Source: Octopus bimaculoides
Lineage: Eukaryota
DNA: 56,096 nt
Assembly (NCBI RefSeq): GCF_001194135.2
Contig: NC_068988.1
Location: 81,799,836-81,855,931 of the forward strand
Direction of reading: 5' to 3'
The notes beneath the pieces are model-generated. The model did not search any database, was not told where the DNA came from, and saw nothing but the letters and a program-made list of their open reading frames with translations. The translations under genes and the position numbers were made by a program. This document shows positions 12,643 to 25,490 of this stretch, piece after piece. Position 1 is the stretch's first letter; each line of letters begins with the position of its first letter.

Positions 12643-13302
12643 CCATCTATATATTCATCTGGAGATTTTGGTAGTTTTTTGAAGGTATCAGCACTTCGAG
12701 CATGCTGGAGATAGGTCGTTTTTGCCTTTGCGCCCTTAGTATAATTATATACATATGTATGTTATTATTAATTTAATGTATAAATTGCTTATAAATTTTT
12801 ATAGTATGCTGACTATCTGTTAAAAATCATTAACATGATTCCAATATAAATTAATAAATAAAATAAAATAATTTATTTTTACTACTGACTGGAATAGCAT
12901 TTACTGCTTGACTATTCTTATAATATACACATTGGCTGTCTTGAAGGGATTTAAAATTGACTTGTCTTGGATCTATACGTGTAAATATTTGTATGTAGTG
13001 TGAATCTGCAATGGACGGTATGTACAATTATTTGGACTTATATTTCCCCGTGTATTGTGTTGAGGAAGGAAGAAAGCTTATTTTTGGCTTTAATCCAGAA
13101 ATTGGAACCAATTCACAATTAACGTGAGGTCTTTTTAATATTCTTTCACTCGCCCACTTTCAGCCATGTGTATATTTATCTAGAATTTTTGGTAGTTTTT
13201 TGAAGGTATCGGCACTTCAAGCATGCTGGAGATAGGTCGTTTCACCCTTGCTCCCTTAATATAATTATATACATATGTATATTATTACTTATTTAATATA
13301 TA
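12643..13302. repeat. About 140-bp direct repeats (12643-12782 and 13164-13302) bounding an about 380-bp core
   Basis: Shared ttttggtagttttttgaaggtatc.gcacttc.agcatgctggagataggtcgttt..ataattatatacatatgtat. Family unassigned. Confidence 0.75.
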
Positions 13303-13437
13303 TGTATATACATACATATGTATATACATACATATATATATATATACACACATACACACACATACATATATATATACATACATACATATACACACACACA
13401 CACATATAATCTTTTATATATATATATGAGAAGAAAA

Positions 13438-15941
13438 TGGGTATAATAACATTGGGAAGCTCATGGTTTTCGCTGGTATGTCTTTAATTAATTAGATAAC
13501 AAAGAAGGAAGAAGCAGAGATGAAGGTAGCATTTACAATCGTTTCAATTTACTGGTTTAAGTAAATCTCTTAGGAATGCGAATATAGATTGATGCATCGG
13601 TTAGGATGCGAAAATAATTGATACATATGTGATGGTAATGTAAACAAAAGTGGTAATTCTTATATTAAATTTTGTTCTTGCGCTAGCGAATTCACTGGGT
13701 AGAAGTTCGCTTGTGGTAGATTGGTTAGTTTCTTTGGGTAATTAGGGCAGGGTGAGTATTATTTAGGTGCGGGTTTCCTAGTTTAATTAAGCACATTTTT
13801 TTCGCCCGTGTGTATTCCATTTTATATTTTACAATTAGTTGTCACCAGCGGTGTAGGTGAAGGGGGTAACTCTAACAGAGTGAAAAGGGAGCTAACTCAT
13901 ACCAAAATTATTATTTAGGTCTGTACCTAAACACATTAGTTAGCAGGACTGGTTATTATTTTTATTGTTCACAATCTTTCTAGTTTCATAGAATTTGTCT
14001 AGTTTTTTTTATTATTCATTGAGGCTATTATTGTGGCTAAGTTATTAGTCAGACTGTGGCCTATTCTGATTTTATTCCTAAATAATTCTGCGTATTTATT
14101 ATTAATGTATAGGTGTTTGTCTACGATTTTCATTAATGAGTGAACTATGTTTGATTTGAGATGCATGGTGTAGGGGATTACGAGCCAGATATTATTGCTA
14201 TTTTGTTTATTTTTTGTATTGTTTTTACTAGTTTAGAAGCTTCCCTCCTTGTTTGTGATTCATGTGACCTTATGGTTGAATGTATCTTGGTTATATCCAT
14301 AGTTAAGTTTCACTTTTGTGTTGCTTTTATCTGTCCTATTGGTGTTATTATCGTAGGGTTCATGTGGGTTCAAAGGCCTAGTTTTTTTTGCTATTAATAG
14401 GGTTCATATTAGTTGGTTGGGTGATTTTAATTTTATTGATACCGCTGTATAGGTTTATGCTATTATTTTTGTAGGTGCTGTTATTTTGGGACTTATTTGT
14501 GTACTTTGTGTTATTAGTTATGTTAATATTGTTAATCTTATTTAATATCAGTTTGTCGATATTAGTGTTGTGGTTATTTTTGTTGTTGTTAGTGGTTTGT
14601 GTATAGGCCTTGGCCTTGTTCATATTAGTGTTGTTTCTATCGGGGTTACCCGTAATTATTTTATTGTTGGTGTGGTTTGTGGTGGTGCATGGTGTGTGAT
14701 TGCCATTAGTGGTATTAGTGAGTGGGTTCCTGTTCTTTGGGCTGCTTACAGGGCGATTAGGGTATAAGTATTTGATTTTTTATTTAAATCCTGCTTTCCA
14801 TAGTGTGGAGCTATAGGTTTCTTTATGTCTGTTAAAGATGTCTATGTTAGAAGAGAGGTGTGATATTCTATTGCTAATGCTATGTACTAGGTTTCTCTTA
14901 ATAAAGTTGGGGTGGTTACTTGCAGCATTTATGTATTTGAGGTCCATGTTGGGTTTCATGTAGGGTTCATAGAGTCCTGTGGCTAGGTTGCAGGTTGTGT
15001 CTAAGTAGCTAATAGAGGTGTGTTCTTTTTCAATAGAGATAGATAGTCCAAATTTTTTGAAGAATTTATGTAGATTTTTCTTGATAAGCTCTTGTTTCTT
15101 ATTTGAGAGTTTCTTAATTATGAAGAGAGTGTCGTCTCTGTATAATCCACCTTATGTAAATTAAGACTTATGTAAATTAAGCAAACTAATACTCGATAAA
15201 TACATCCCTAAGCTAAAAAGTAAAATAACCCTGGAATTATGGTCCAACACATATGAAGCCATTAATTGGTTCTCCAACATACAAAACAAGAGCAACTACA
15301 AATTCATACAGATAGACATAGTAGACTACTACTCCTCAATTAACCCTACGATCCTCACTAGTGCCCTAATATATGCCAAAAATCACACACAATTGAACAT
15401 GAAGGGCCCCTCCTAGCACTAAGAACTCTAGCAATAAGACAATTATTAGCCATAACACATTTTCTAACCACCCAAATTTTGGTATGAGTTAGCTCCCTTT
15501 TCACCCTGTTAGAGTTATCCCTTTCACCTACACCGCCGGTGACAACTAATCGTAAAATACAAAATGGAATACACACGTGCGGAAAAAATGTGCTTAATTA
15601 AACTAGGAAACCCGCACCTAAATAATACTCACCCTGCCCTAATTACCCAAAGAAACTAACCAATCTACCACAAGTGAACTTCTACCCAGTGAATTCGCCA
15701 GCGCAAGAACAAAATTTAATATAAGAATTACCACTTTTGTTTACATTACCATCACATATGTATCAATTATTTTCGCATCCTAACCGATGCATCAATCTAT
15801 ATTCGCATTCCTAAGAGATTTACTTAAACCAGTAAATTGAAACGATTGTAAATGCTACCTTCATCTCTGCTTCTTTGTTATCTAATTAATTAAAGACACA
15901 CCAGCGAAAACCATGAGCTTCCCAATGTAATTTTACCCATT
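13438..15941. mobile_element. Rearranged Penelope-like element with about 470-bp inverted terminal repeats
   Basis: 13438-13908 is the reverse complement of 15475-15941 with few differences. Minus strand 15150-13910 gives GLYRDDTLF, YEPYMKPN..SNHPN, and NIWLVIPY. Plus strand 15170-15410 gives FIQIDIVDYYSSI. Confidence 0.9.
15805..15855 (+). ncRNA. Degenerate minimal type I HHR (mirror copy at 13529-13579 on the minus strand)
   Basis: Stem I GCATT/AATGC, core CCTAAGA (U4 and G5 altered), stem II GATTTACT/AGTAAATT, GAAAC-GATT-GTA. Confidence 0.55.
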
Positions 15942-16170
15942 TTTTTCTCCTATATAACCTAATCTTCAGTTTACCAACCAAACCACCTGCTACCGTACAA
16001 CCTTACAAAAGACTGTCCCTACCCATGTAATAACCAGGAGCGACTCTAGATTTAATTATCCCTTAGAGGTATTAAACCCCTCTAACTGATACCTACACTA
16101 TACACACACACACACACATATATATCGATATATATATATATATATAAAACTCTGCATGCACTTATATATG

Positions 16171-17440
16171 TTGGGGTTGGACAAAATAATGGAAAAACCT
16201 GGCGTTATAGCCTCATAATTTTGAAATGTCTATAAAGCCATCAAAAGCTTGTTTATTTTTATGTTTTTTGATTATTAGTGTTGCTTAATATGTTTTGCTA
16301 AAATTGCTGTTTCTTTTCAGATATTATATGATAAAGGTAATTAAAATTCATTAAAATGACAGATCTATCAGACTTTCAAAGAGGTCAAATTGTTGGTGCT
16401 TGTATGGCAAGTGCTAGCGTAACGAAAACAGCCAAAAGGTTTGGTGTATCAAGAAGTACTGTCTCAAGAGTAATGACAGCCTTTGAGAAAGAGGGAAAAA
16501 CCTCCTTGTCAAAACAAAACCTGGAAGAAAACCAAAAACTTTCAAATAGGGACTGTCGGTCTCTTATGCGAATTGTTAGAAAGGATCACAAAAGTACAGC
16601 TCCAAAAATCACTGCAGAACTTAATGACCACCTTAAGAACCTAGTCTCCATAAAAACTGTTCACAAGGAGCTGCACAAAGCCAGATTTCATGCAAGGGCT
16701 GCAATCAGAAAACCACTACATTCAAAAACAAACGTTACAAAGCGTTTAGAGTGGAGAAAAAACCTACAAAGTTGGTCCCTAGAGCAAGTGGAAGAATGTT
16801 ATTTTCCTGACGATTCATCCGTTACCTTATCTCCGACCACTGGCCGAGTTTATGTGTGGAGACAGCCAAAAGAAGCATTTGAGCCAGACTGCATTCTTCC
16901 AACTGTTAAACATAGAGGAGGATCTGTAATGATCTTGGGGGATATATGTTGGAAATCCGCCAGCCCAATAGTTTCCCTTCATGGCAGAATTAATAGTCGT
17001 GACTATTTAAACATTTTATCTGATCAAATTCATCCTATGGTTGCAGAATTGTTTCTGGAGGGAAACACAAATTTTCAGGATGATAATGCACCAATTCACA
17101 CAGCTAAAGTTGTTACTGAATGCCATGAGGAACATTCTAGCGAAGTTGAACATCTTATCTGTCCACCACAGTCCCCAGATCTCAATATTATTGAACATTT
17201 ATGGTGCATTTTAGAAAAACAAGTAAGGAGTCAATATCCTCCACCATCATCACTACAAGAACTGGAGACTGTTTTAGCTGAAGAATGGACAAAAATTCCT
17301 TTGGAAACAATTCTAACTTTGTACAAGTCCATACCTTGAAGAATTCAAGCTGTAATTACTACCAAAGGTGGTCCTACCCCATATTAAAATAAATTTGTTT
17401 GAAATTTTTATGGCATTTCCATTATTATGTCGAACCCCTC
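16171..17440 (+). mobile_element. Tc1-superfamily transposon with DD36E spacing, near full length
   Basis: TIRs at 16171-16195 and 17416-17440 (21/25 match). ORF 16356-17339 has an HTH region, GRVYVWR, FQDDNAPIH and SPDLNIIEHLW. Confidence 0.9.
16356..17387 (+). pseudogene. DD36E transposase pseudogene
   Basis: Premature TGA at 17337-17339, after which the frame continues RIQAVITTKGGPTPY*. Probable compensated +1/-1 frameshift at 16785-16808, where WKNVIF reads in the shifted frame. Confidence 0.85.
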
Positions 17441-17703
17441 TATGTGTGTGTGTGTGTGTGTGTGTGTATGTATNNNNNNNNNNNNNNNNNNNNNNNNNNN
17501 NNNNNNNNNNNNNNNNNNNNNNNNNNNNNNNNNNNNNNNNNNNNNNNNNNNNNNNNNNNNNNNNNNNNNNNNNNNNNNNNNNNNNNNNNNNNNNNNNNNN
17601 NNNNNNNNNNNNNNNNNNNNNNNNNNNNNTATATCAAAATAGTGTACTCTCTAAATAAACATCAACTTATATTGTACATGTTTAATATTAGTATTTATGA
17701 TAT

Positions 17704-17922
17704 GTGTGTGTGTGACCACCACCTCCACTTCTTGACAACTGGTGCTGGTGTGTTTACATCCCTGTAACTTAGCTGTTCTGTTAAAAAGACTGATAGAGTA
17801 AGTACCAGGCTTTAAGTAAGTAAGTAAGTAAGTACTGGAGTCTATACATTCAACTAAAATTTCAAGGTGGTGCCCCAGCATGGCCACAGTCAAATAATTG
17901 AAACAAGTAAAAGATAAAAGAT
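17704..17922 (+). mobile_element. SINE family A, 3' half
   Basis: cttgacaactggtgctggtg..ctgtaacttag..ccccagcatggcc..gaaacaagtaaaagataaaaga. Confidence 0.8.
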
Positions 17923-18500
17923 GTATAAGTAACATTTAACTATTTGAAGCTGCTGAATTTGTCCCACTTCATTTGATTCCTAAATCATTTGACATGAACT
18001 CTAAAATATTCAAAATAGGGCTAGCATCATTCTGTTTATTTTTTTCTATTCAAAAGTATATTCTGCTGTCTTCTTTGTCTCACAATTTGCTCAACTAATA
18101 AATTCTGATGATCAAATTTTCTCATTTTTCCTTACTTGTTACAGAGTCCACAACCATTGATAAGGTTGCGAAATCAACGCAAATTTTGGAAGCAAAATAT
18201 AATATATAAATAATAAATGAGTGGAAATCGAACCAGTTAATGTGTTAAATAATAAGGCATTAAGACAATATGACTCTCCCCAGACACAACAAAATGTACT
18301 GGTAAAGTTAATCAAGATATACATAAAATGCTGTGGCATATAGTCTGTTCAAACAGAACATTCACGTTTCAGTGGGGATAAGTATTACCTCTCAATAAAA
18401 TGTGTCTCATCAATATATATTTAATATGCTATATATATCTGTTACAGAGATGTACTTGCATAGCAAGTGACCTGATCTGAGATCGTGTGCTGGAATGAAA

Positions 18501-18698
18501 ACAATTTCAGTGTGGAAGGTGTTTATAAGCCATTTAAGAAACAAATGCAGAGGTGCAGCATGGAATTTGTCAGTGAACAGGTCGCGGTCTCAAAGTAACG
18601 AAAATATTATGGCAAATTAAATTTAAATGTTGAAGTGAATCTAACGGTTTTTGTGTGTTTCTTAAATGGCTTATAAACATCTTCCATGCTGCAATTGT
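18501..18698. repeat. Fold-back element: 43-bp inverted arms (18501-18543 and 18656-18698) around an HHR-like loop
   Basis: The arms match at 39/43. Confidence 0.8.
18564..18618 (+). ncRNA. Candidate minimal type I HHR with G3-C8 core
   Basis: Stem I AATTTGTCA/TGGCAAATT (9 bp, 1 GU), core GTGAACA, imperfect stem II GTCGC/GTAAC, GAA, palindromic AATATT, A at the cleavage site. Confidence 0.5.
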
Positions 18699-19729
18699 TA
18701 TATACATTTGTACTTACACTTATTCCACTATTAATTATTCTACTTCATATATTTCACTATATTACATTTACTGGTAAGTATCATTTATTCAACCTTAACC
18801 TATATTTACTGCAGGCATGTATTTCTTGATTTAAGCAGAAGAAATGACAAGTAATTTGAAATTACAGATGGAAAATTCAGAAGGTGAGGAAGTGTTGGTG
18901 CCACCTCATGTCTATACAAGAAATATAGTTCTTCAGGAACTTATGTGGTGAATGTGAATAATAATGCTTCTTATATACATCTATAATTTCTGAAAAGAAT
19001 GTGTTGCATATACTGCAAATGTGCAGCTTTTACATAAACTAAACCTGCTACTCTTTGAAAACATTTAGAAAACATACATAAACTGTTTGTAAGATCATGT
19101 ACTAATGTTTAAAAATGCATATTCTGGTAGCTTTAAATACATATACAACATTTGTAAAATTAGGCAGAGCATTTATTGTAGAAAATAACAATGTAGAATA
19201 ATGAGTGAATTATTAAGTACAAAATATTGCACATAATAGAATTGATCAAATCTATATAAAATTTGGGGAGTGGTCAATATAATTTTCTTATTTTCTTGTT
19301 ATTTTGGAATGTTTATTTATGTCTCCATACTCTCATTAGCAACTTTCATCAAGTACATTTTTTTTAAGAATAGCTCTGTCATTATTGGTGACTCAGGTAC
19401 ATTAGTTCAAACAAAATATCTGAATGTGAAAAAGAACTACAGAAGTCACAGTAAAAGATTGAAAGATGGTTTTATATTGAGACTTGCACTTGTATGTAGT
19501 TTATGATATCTAAGAAATATGTCTTTAATATGACACCTAACAATATTGATTGGTAAGGCAATATCTTGAAAGACAATAAGAGACCAGCTTCCTTGTTGAA
19601 ATGTTGGTTTTTGTGTACAGAAATTCCATGCTGCCTGGTTGCCAGATGTATTCTCTGACTGACAATGCAAGATAATGGAGAGTGGTAGACTCAAGGTGTG
19701 TTTAGGAGCTGGACTTGGAGATAGATTAC

Positions 19730-20030
19730 AATGGAATGGTGGAATAGAATGGAATCAAATACAATGGAATTACTTAGAATAGAATAAAGCAAAATGGAAT
19801 GAAATAAAATAAAGTAGTTTAGAATAATATAGAGTAGTAAAGAATAGGCCAGAATAGAATAAGATGGAATAGAATAGAACAGAAAAGAATAGCATAGAAT
19901 AGAATTGAAGAAATTAGAGTAAAATGGTATAGAATAAAATGGAATAGAATAGTACAGAATAGAAAGGAAAAGTGGAAAATAGAAGACAGAATAAGAGAAT
20001 AGTATGGTATATAATAGAATAAAAGAGAAT
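19730..20030. repeat. Degenerate (GAATA)n pentamer satellite
   Basis: Seen directly. Confidence 0.9.
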
Positions 20031-20194
20031 ACCTGTTGTGTGAAGAATGTGATAAATATACTGAAATTTAAATTTATTGTGTTAGAATTTAAAAGTTAAA
20101 CACACAAGATAAAACATGATACAACATAATTACCTGGAGCTGTCACATGACCATATGGCAGTCATATGATATATCTAAAGCTGTCTTATGAACA

Positions 20195-20480
20195 TATAGC
20201 CATTATATAAAAAAAAAATTGTAACATTCACATAATGAATCTATAATATTCACATGAATTTATAACCTTCACAAAATATATTTAGAACATTGAATTGATA
20301 ATATAGCATTCATTAATCTATCTATAGCATATACAGCCTTTACATAATATATTTAAAGCATTGACATGAAGATATATCCTTCACATAATGAATCTAGATA
20401 TTTGCATGAATATACAGATTTCACATAAGACATTTACAAGGTTCATTTGAAGTATTAAAGTAGTTATAATGTGCATTTAA
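20195..20480. repeat. Degenerate AT-rich minisatellite
   Basis: Recurrent cattcacataatgaatcta and ccttcacataa units. Confidence 0.6.
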
Positions 20481-20584
20481 CATTCATATTATTTTTCTAC
20501 CATTCATATCAAACATCTGCCTGTACCATAGAAAAAAGTAAGTTTACAACAATCCTGAACTGCAATATAATTTATTCCAGCTAC

Positions 20585-20625
<41 letters not shown>

Positions 20626-21199
20626 CACACACAAAGACAAAACAGGCACACATCCATCCACACTCACTGACTGAAAGGAAACATTAAAAGTGAATAGATA
20701 GATGTTGATAGTTAAGGGTTAAGGAAAATAGTACATGCACACATACAAGCACACACTCACTCATAGGTTGTGACATTTAGACATTTGGAAATTTTGGAAA
20801 TGATATAAAAGGAACCTCCTTTTCTAGTAGCATTTGGACAATACCTCTTACCTCTGGTTAAGAGATGTTGCAGATTGCTTTAAAATTTGGAAATTTTGAC
20901 TAGGTAATAGCCATATTTTGAAATTCCCCTGAAGCATAGCTTGATATTATCAATGATCTTTCAAGTTTTGGAGCACTTGACTATACCTAGACCATGAATA
21001 AATGGTCCAGCTGTGCATATATATATATATGTATATCTATCTATCTAGCTATCTATCTATCTATTTATCTATCTATCTATCTCTCTCTCTATATATAGGT
21101 ATGTGTGTTTGTGTGTATGTATAAGCATTATACACACACACACACACACATACATATATATTGTTAAATTTGGTGGGAAGAGTTATAATTAATATAATA

Positions 21200-22600
21200 A
21201 ACCCTATAAGCACATCATTGTTTTTACATTTGTTTTTTCCATGCTTTCATGGTTTAGAGGAGTCTTCTCCAGCACTACATTTCATCATATTACCACTTAT
21301 TTATCTTCTTTGGAGGTTCAGAATATTAAGATCAGCCTCATTCCTTTCTACTATGTCTTCTTCAGCCTTCCTCTTCCGTTCGAATTCCTTAACACTTTAT
21401 TATCTAACTGTCATTTGACTATATCCATCACATCTATGCCAACTCAGTATCTCTCTTGTACACAACATCTGAAACCTAGTCTTTGCTTTATGGTGCTCAT
21501 TCACACTAACATTATACATCCGGGCTAGCATGTTCATCTCATTCACTTCCAATTTTTGTTTATCCTGCCTGTTTTTAACCAATATCACACCTCATATACA
21601 AGAATCCTATAATCAAATGTTTCCATAGAGAAGTGATCTCTTTGTTGCCAAAAGAGATAATAGCTCCATAAACTTCCCCCTTTTCCATTCTTAACCTGGT
21701 TCCTATACTTGATGTTAGTATAGATATATTGAGCATATACTATTCTTTCACAACATCAACTTTAATGGCAAATGTAACAAAAGCTATCATCTGCTTGTAA
21801 GGAACTCTCAGAGTATTTGAAATATATTTTATGGAAGCTCTTACTGGCTGCATCTACTTCATACACAAGAAATTTTTCTTCACTATCTGTGATCCTACAA
21901 CATTTATGCACCTTTTCATTGGATATACCATAAAGAATTCTTACACATTCCTTTTCTTCATGGCCCCTTCCCAGTCTTTTTTCCACTAAAATTTCTCTTT
22001 GACATGTTAACTTTGAAACATACTGATTCTAGTCTTTTACTTCTACATTTCGAATTTCTTCTCTAATTCTTCAACAAATTCTGCTATAAGAACTGAGTCA
22101 TCTACATACAGATGTCTCCTAAGAAAGCCAATCCTGAACTCTTCCTTTAGGGCCTGGAAAACTATAATACACAAAAGAGAACTGTGAACCAATCTCTGAT
22201 GGACACATATTAGCTTATACACAAATTTGTTGCTGATCTTGTTGATGGCATCTTGGAATAACCTATCAAAAACCTTCCCCGTGTCATTATATCAAAGATG
22301 TAAGTAGTGGTAACCTTTCCTGACAAAAATCCAAACTACATCCCATCTAGGCTAATTTCTTTGTTAATTAGTAGTAACTATTTTGGGGTCCATTAATTTG
22401 GTGCCTCTCTTGTGTCTTTCTAGTATATTTTCTTTGCCATTGCAGCATTTAACAACGAAGTTAGTATGTGAAATATTAGGAATGAATCCTTCCAGTATCT
22501 TGACTCTACGAGTACAGGTCCTACTTTCCCAGTTATTTCCAGCACTTTAGCTGCTATCCTTGATGGTCCAGCCATCAGGGAAACTTAAAATCCCAATCCA
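21200..22600 (-). mobile_element. RTE-clade LINE, RT to 3' end, decayed
   Basis: VHQRLVHSSLLCIIVFQALKEEF..LYVDDSVLIAE (RT core) and KLEVNEMNMLARM (RTE C-terminal region). Confidence 0.8.
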
Positions 22601-23099
22601 AACAAATTTTATAATAAATTTCTCTCTACTTGATACATTGAGTCTTTCCATTCAGTAAATATTCTGCTCTTATTCTTAGATTTAGTTTGAAATAATAAAA
22701 TAACCTTTGTCTAAGACATATACACACATATACGCATGTATGTATGCATATGTATACACACACACACACACATCTATACATATATGTGTGTGTGTGTGTG
22801 TGCATCATACACACATGCAAACAAGCATGCAGTTACACATTCATGCATGTGTATATATGTGCATGTTCAATTAAGATTTTACATATATACAGACATAAAT
22901 ACATACCATAATACATATTTACACACACACGAATATTGTATGCATGTATCTCCCTACACTCTTATTCCATTTCCAGTTAACCACTTCCCCACTCCTTCTG
23001 CATGAAATATATTTCACCCACTGCAACCCCCATCACTACTCTCCCTAATTTCCCTCTCCTTTCAACTTACACACAGGTATAGCATGTATTCATTTCATT

Positions 23100-23460
23100 T
23101 TCAATTTGTAAGAACAAACTTTCCACTTTCCCTGCTCCAGTTTCACTGCCATATAACATTATACTTTTAACAGCTGCTATATTCAGTCATGGTTTTATAT
23201 GTAAATTGAACACACTGGTTCATCAGCGTAACGAAGATGGGAAAATTTTTCTATAAACTTCTCAAAGTCTGAATATCCCTTTGGCTTCATTTCTCTTTTC
23301 AGGATACAATTAACATAGAACAGAGAGCACAGAATGCATCTATTACTTGTTGTCATCTCTTATAATAGATTGGAATCTTTACACGAGGATTGCATGTCCA
23401 GTCTGTTATGTTACACAAATAGAAATGTCAATCTGTCTTAAATCACATTACAGTAACTGT
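23100..23460 (-). mobile_element. RTE-like fragment
   Basis: HLRYADE and LYGSET motifs on the minus strand. Confidence 0.5.
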
Positions 23461-24342
23461 TTGCACTTGCCTACACAAAATTGAATTTCCACCTGTTCCA
23501 CCACCGCCACCACTACCACCACCACTTCTCCCCCCCCCCCATCCCACACCATCCATTATGTAAGGAACATTGTCACTGCACTGTTGCTATAGGAACAATA
23601 TTTACACAATCAATAAACATTTTGTAAGTTGATGGTGCTGTTTTTACCATGCGTTTACCATTTCAACTCTAGATATATGGAATTACTATTTTTACTCCGT
23701 TTTCTTCTGCCCTCTGTCCATATTTGTTTCATTAGTATCAAGACAGCTTGGACGGTTTTCAATTGTTTCACAGTCGTTGTGTATATATATTTACACTAAC
23801 TGCTTGAAGAGATAGAGGAATAATAATAACACAGGAACTAGTAAATATATCATTTATAGTTGTATCTGAATCCACCCTCAAGACTTTAGCAGAGAATCAA
23901 AATATTTTGACCATTTTCTGACCATATTTCTTATAAAATACTCTTCTCATGTCTTTCAATTAGTTTTAAAAATAGTTCAGAATTGACAGAGTTTTAGAAA
24001 AAATTACATACTTTTTTTGTTTTTTAGTTATCAAGCTGGTGTTTAGAAACATAACTATTAGTACTTACAGAAAACAATGATGAAGGCACCTTTTGGCACC
24101 AATCCGCTAGAGACTGTCCTTGGGTCTACAATACAAACTTCTTGCTTTAAAGTGATTTCAATTTCACGATAATTTATATTGCAAACACAAACTTAGCGAC
24201 AAAGTAATTTTACCAAATTCTTCTTTATTTTAAATGATGAGTAACTTTGGAAATTGATTTCATCAACATAAATACATAGATGTGTTTGTGTTTGTGTGTG
24301 TGTGTGTCTGTGTTTGTGTGTGTGTGTGTCTGTGTGTGTGTA

Positions 24343-25161
24343 CAGGGTGCAATGGGTAAGTTGTTGTCATTTTATATTTTAAATTTCACGCATGCGCATC
24401 GTTTGTTTTTGATTTTGTCAACTACACAGTATAGCAGGATCAGTTGGGCACCATCTGTGAGACAAACAACACCATGATGCCATTCATACTGCCTGAAATT
24501 TGGAAACAACATGCTGTACTGCTTGGCATTCTCACTGGAAGCTCCAATATGAACATACAGAACAACTGTTGGCTTGCTGTGTCCCCAAAGCATGTACCGA
24601 GAGGGATAAAAATCAAACATCCAGTCAGCATCATGGTATTTGGAGTGATCAAAAGTGATGGCAACGTTATGCCTCCATTCATCTTCCTACACAACCTCAG
24701 ACTCAACATGGAGGCATACATCAAGTGCCTGGAGGAGGTAGTGCCACCCTGGGTCAAGAGGGTGGCTGCTGGAAGACCCTATGTCTGGCCACATAAACAG
24801 GAGAACCCAGTCATGGCTGTCAGACAATTTCTGCAACCATATCACCCCTAACATCTGGCCACCTAACTCCCCAGACTGCAACCCCCTTGATTATTATGAT
24901 CAAGAGACCAACAAAACTTCTTTGTAACATCAAGAATGAACTGAAATCAAGGATTATGATCAACTTAAACATAGAGACAATCCAGAAGACAATTCCAAAG
25001 TCATCTGGAGGCTGTGGATGAAGCCAATGGCTATTTTATTGAATGAATTTACTCTTTAGTATTTCAAGATATTTTTATGTAATTTTGGTAAATATATCTG
25101 AGGTGTCAGTGTTATTTTCATTTTCGCGTAATTTGGATGACAATATATTCACCATACCCTG
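24343..25161 (+). mobile_element. maT-type (DD37D-like) Tc1/mariner element, internally deleted
   Basis: TA|CAGGGTG...ATACCCTG|TA termini. IMVFGVIKSDGNVMPPFIF..YIKCLEEVV..GRPYVW and WPPNSPDCNPLDY. The second Asp is lost to a small deletion, so the spacing cannot be counted here. Confidence 0.85.
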
Positions 25162-25165
25162 TATA

Positions 25166-25269
25166 CAAAGGGTGTTTGAAAAGTCTTGAGCCTCAAAAAA
25201 AAAAACATGGTACAAGACTTCTGATGAAGGTACAAGACTTCAAGGTCAAAACTTTTCATACACCCTTCA
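25166..25269. mobile_element. 104-bp mariner-type MITE
   Basis: TA-flanked imperfect TIRs caaagggtgtttgaaaagt / acttttcatacacccttca. Internal ggtacaagacttc occurs twice. Confidence 0.65.
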
Positions 25270-25490
25270 TATATATATAGAACAAATAGTGAAGGATTAT
25301 CAATCTGAGAAAAATCCTTTACAAGCTCTCTGTTGGCACACCAGGCTAACGATATTACTCAGATTAGTGAAAAACTCCAGGTAATATTTTGGTAGGGCCC
25401 AAAGTTATGTTTCATCACAATTCTATGTTGTAAATCTGTGGTTGGGCTTCAAATAAACTAGTTTTCACAGAGTGATATATAAGGGACAAG

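Noticed and set aside
18145-18209. Plus-strand terminal exon candidate after a strong acceptor
   Set aside because: Only 20 codons with no recognisable motif, so indistinguishable from chance.
25221-25230. HHR core CTGATGA inside the 104-bp MITE
   Set aside because: No stem II, GAAA or stem III follows.
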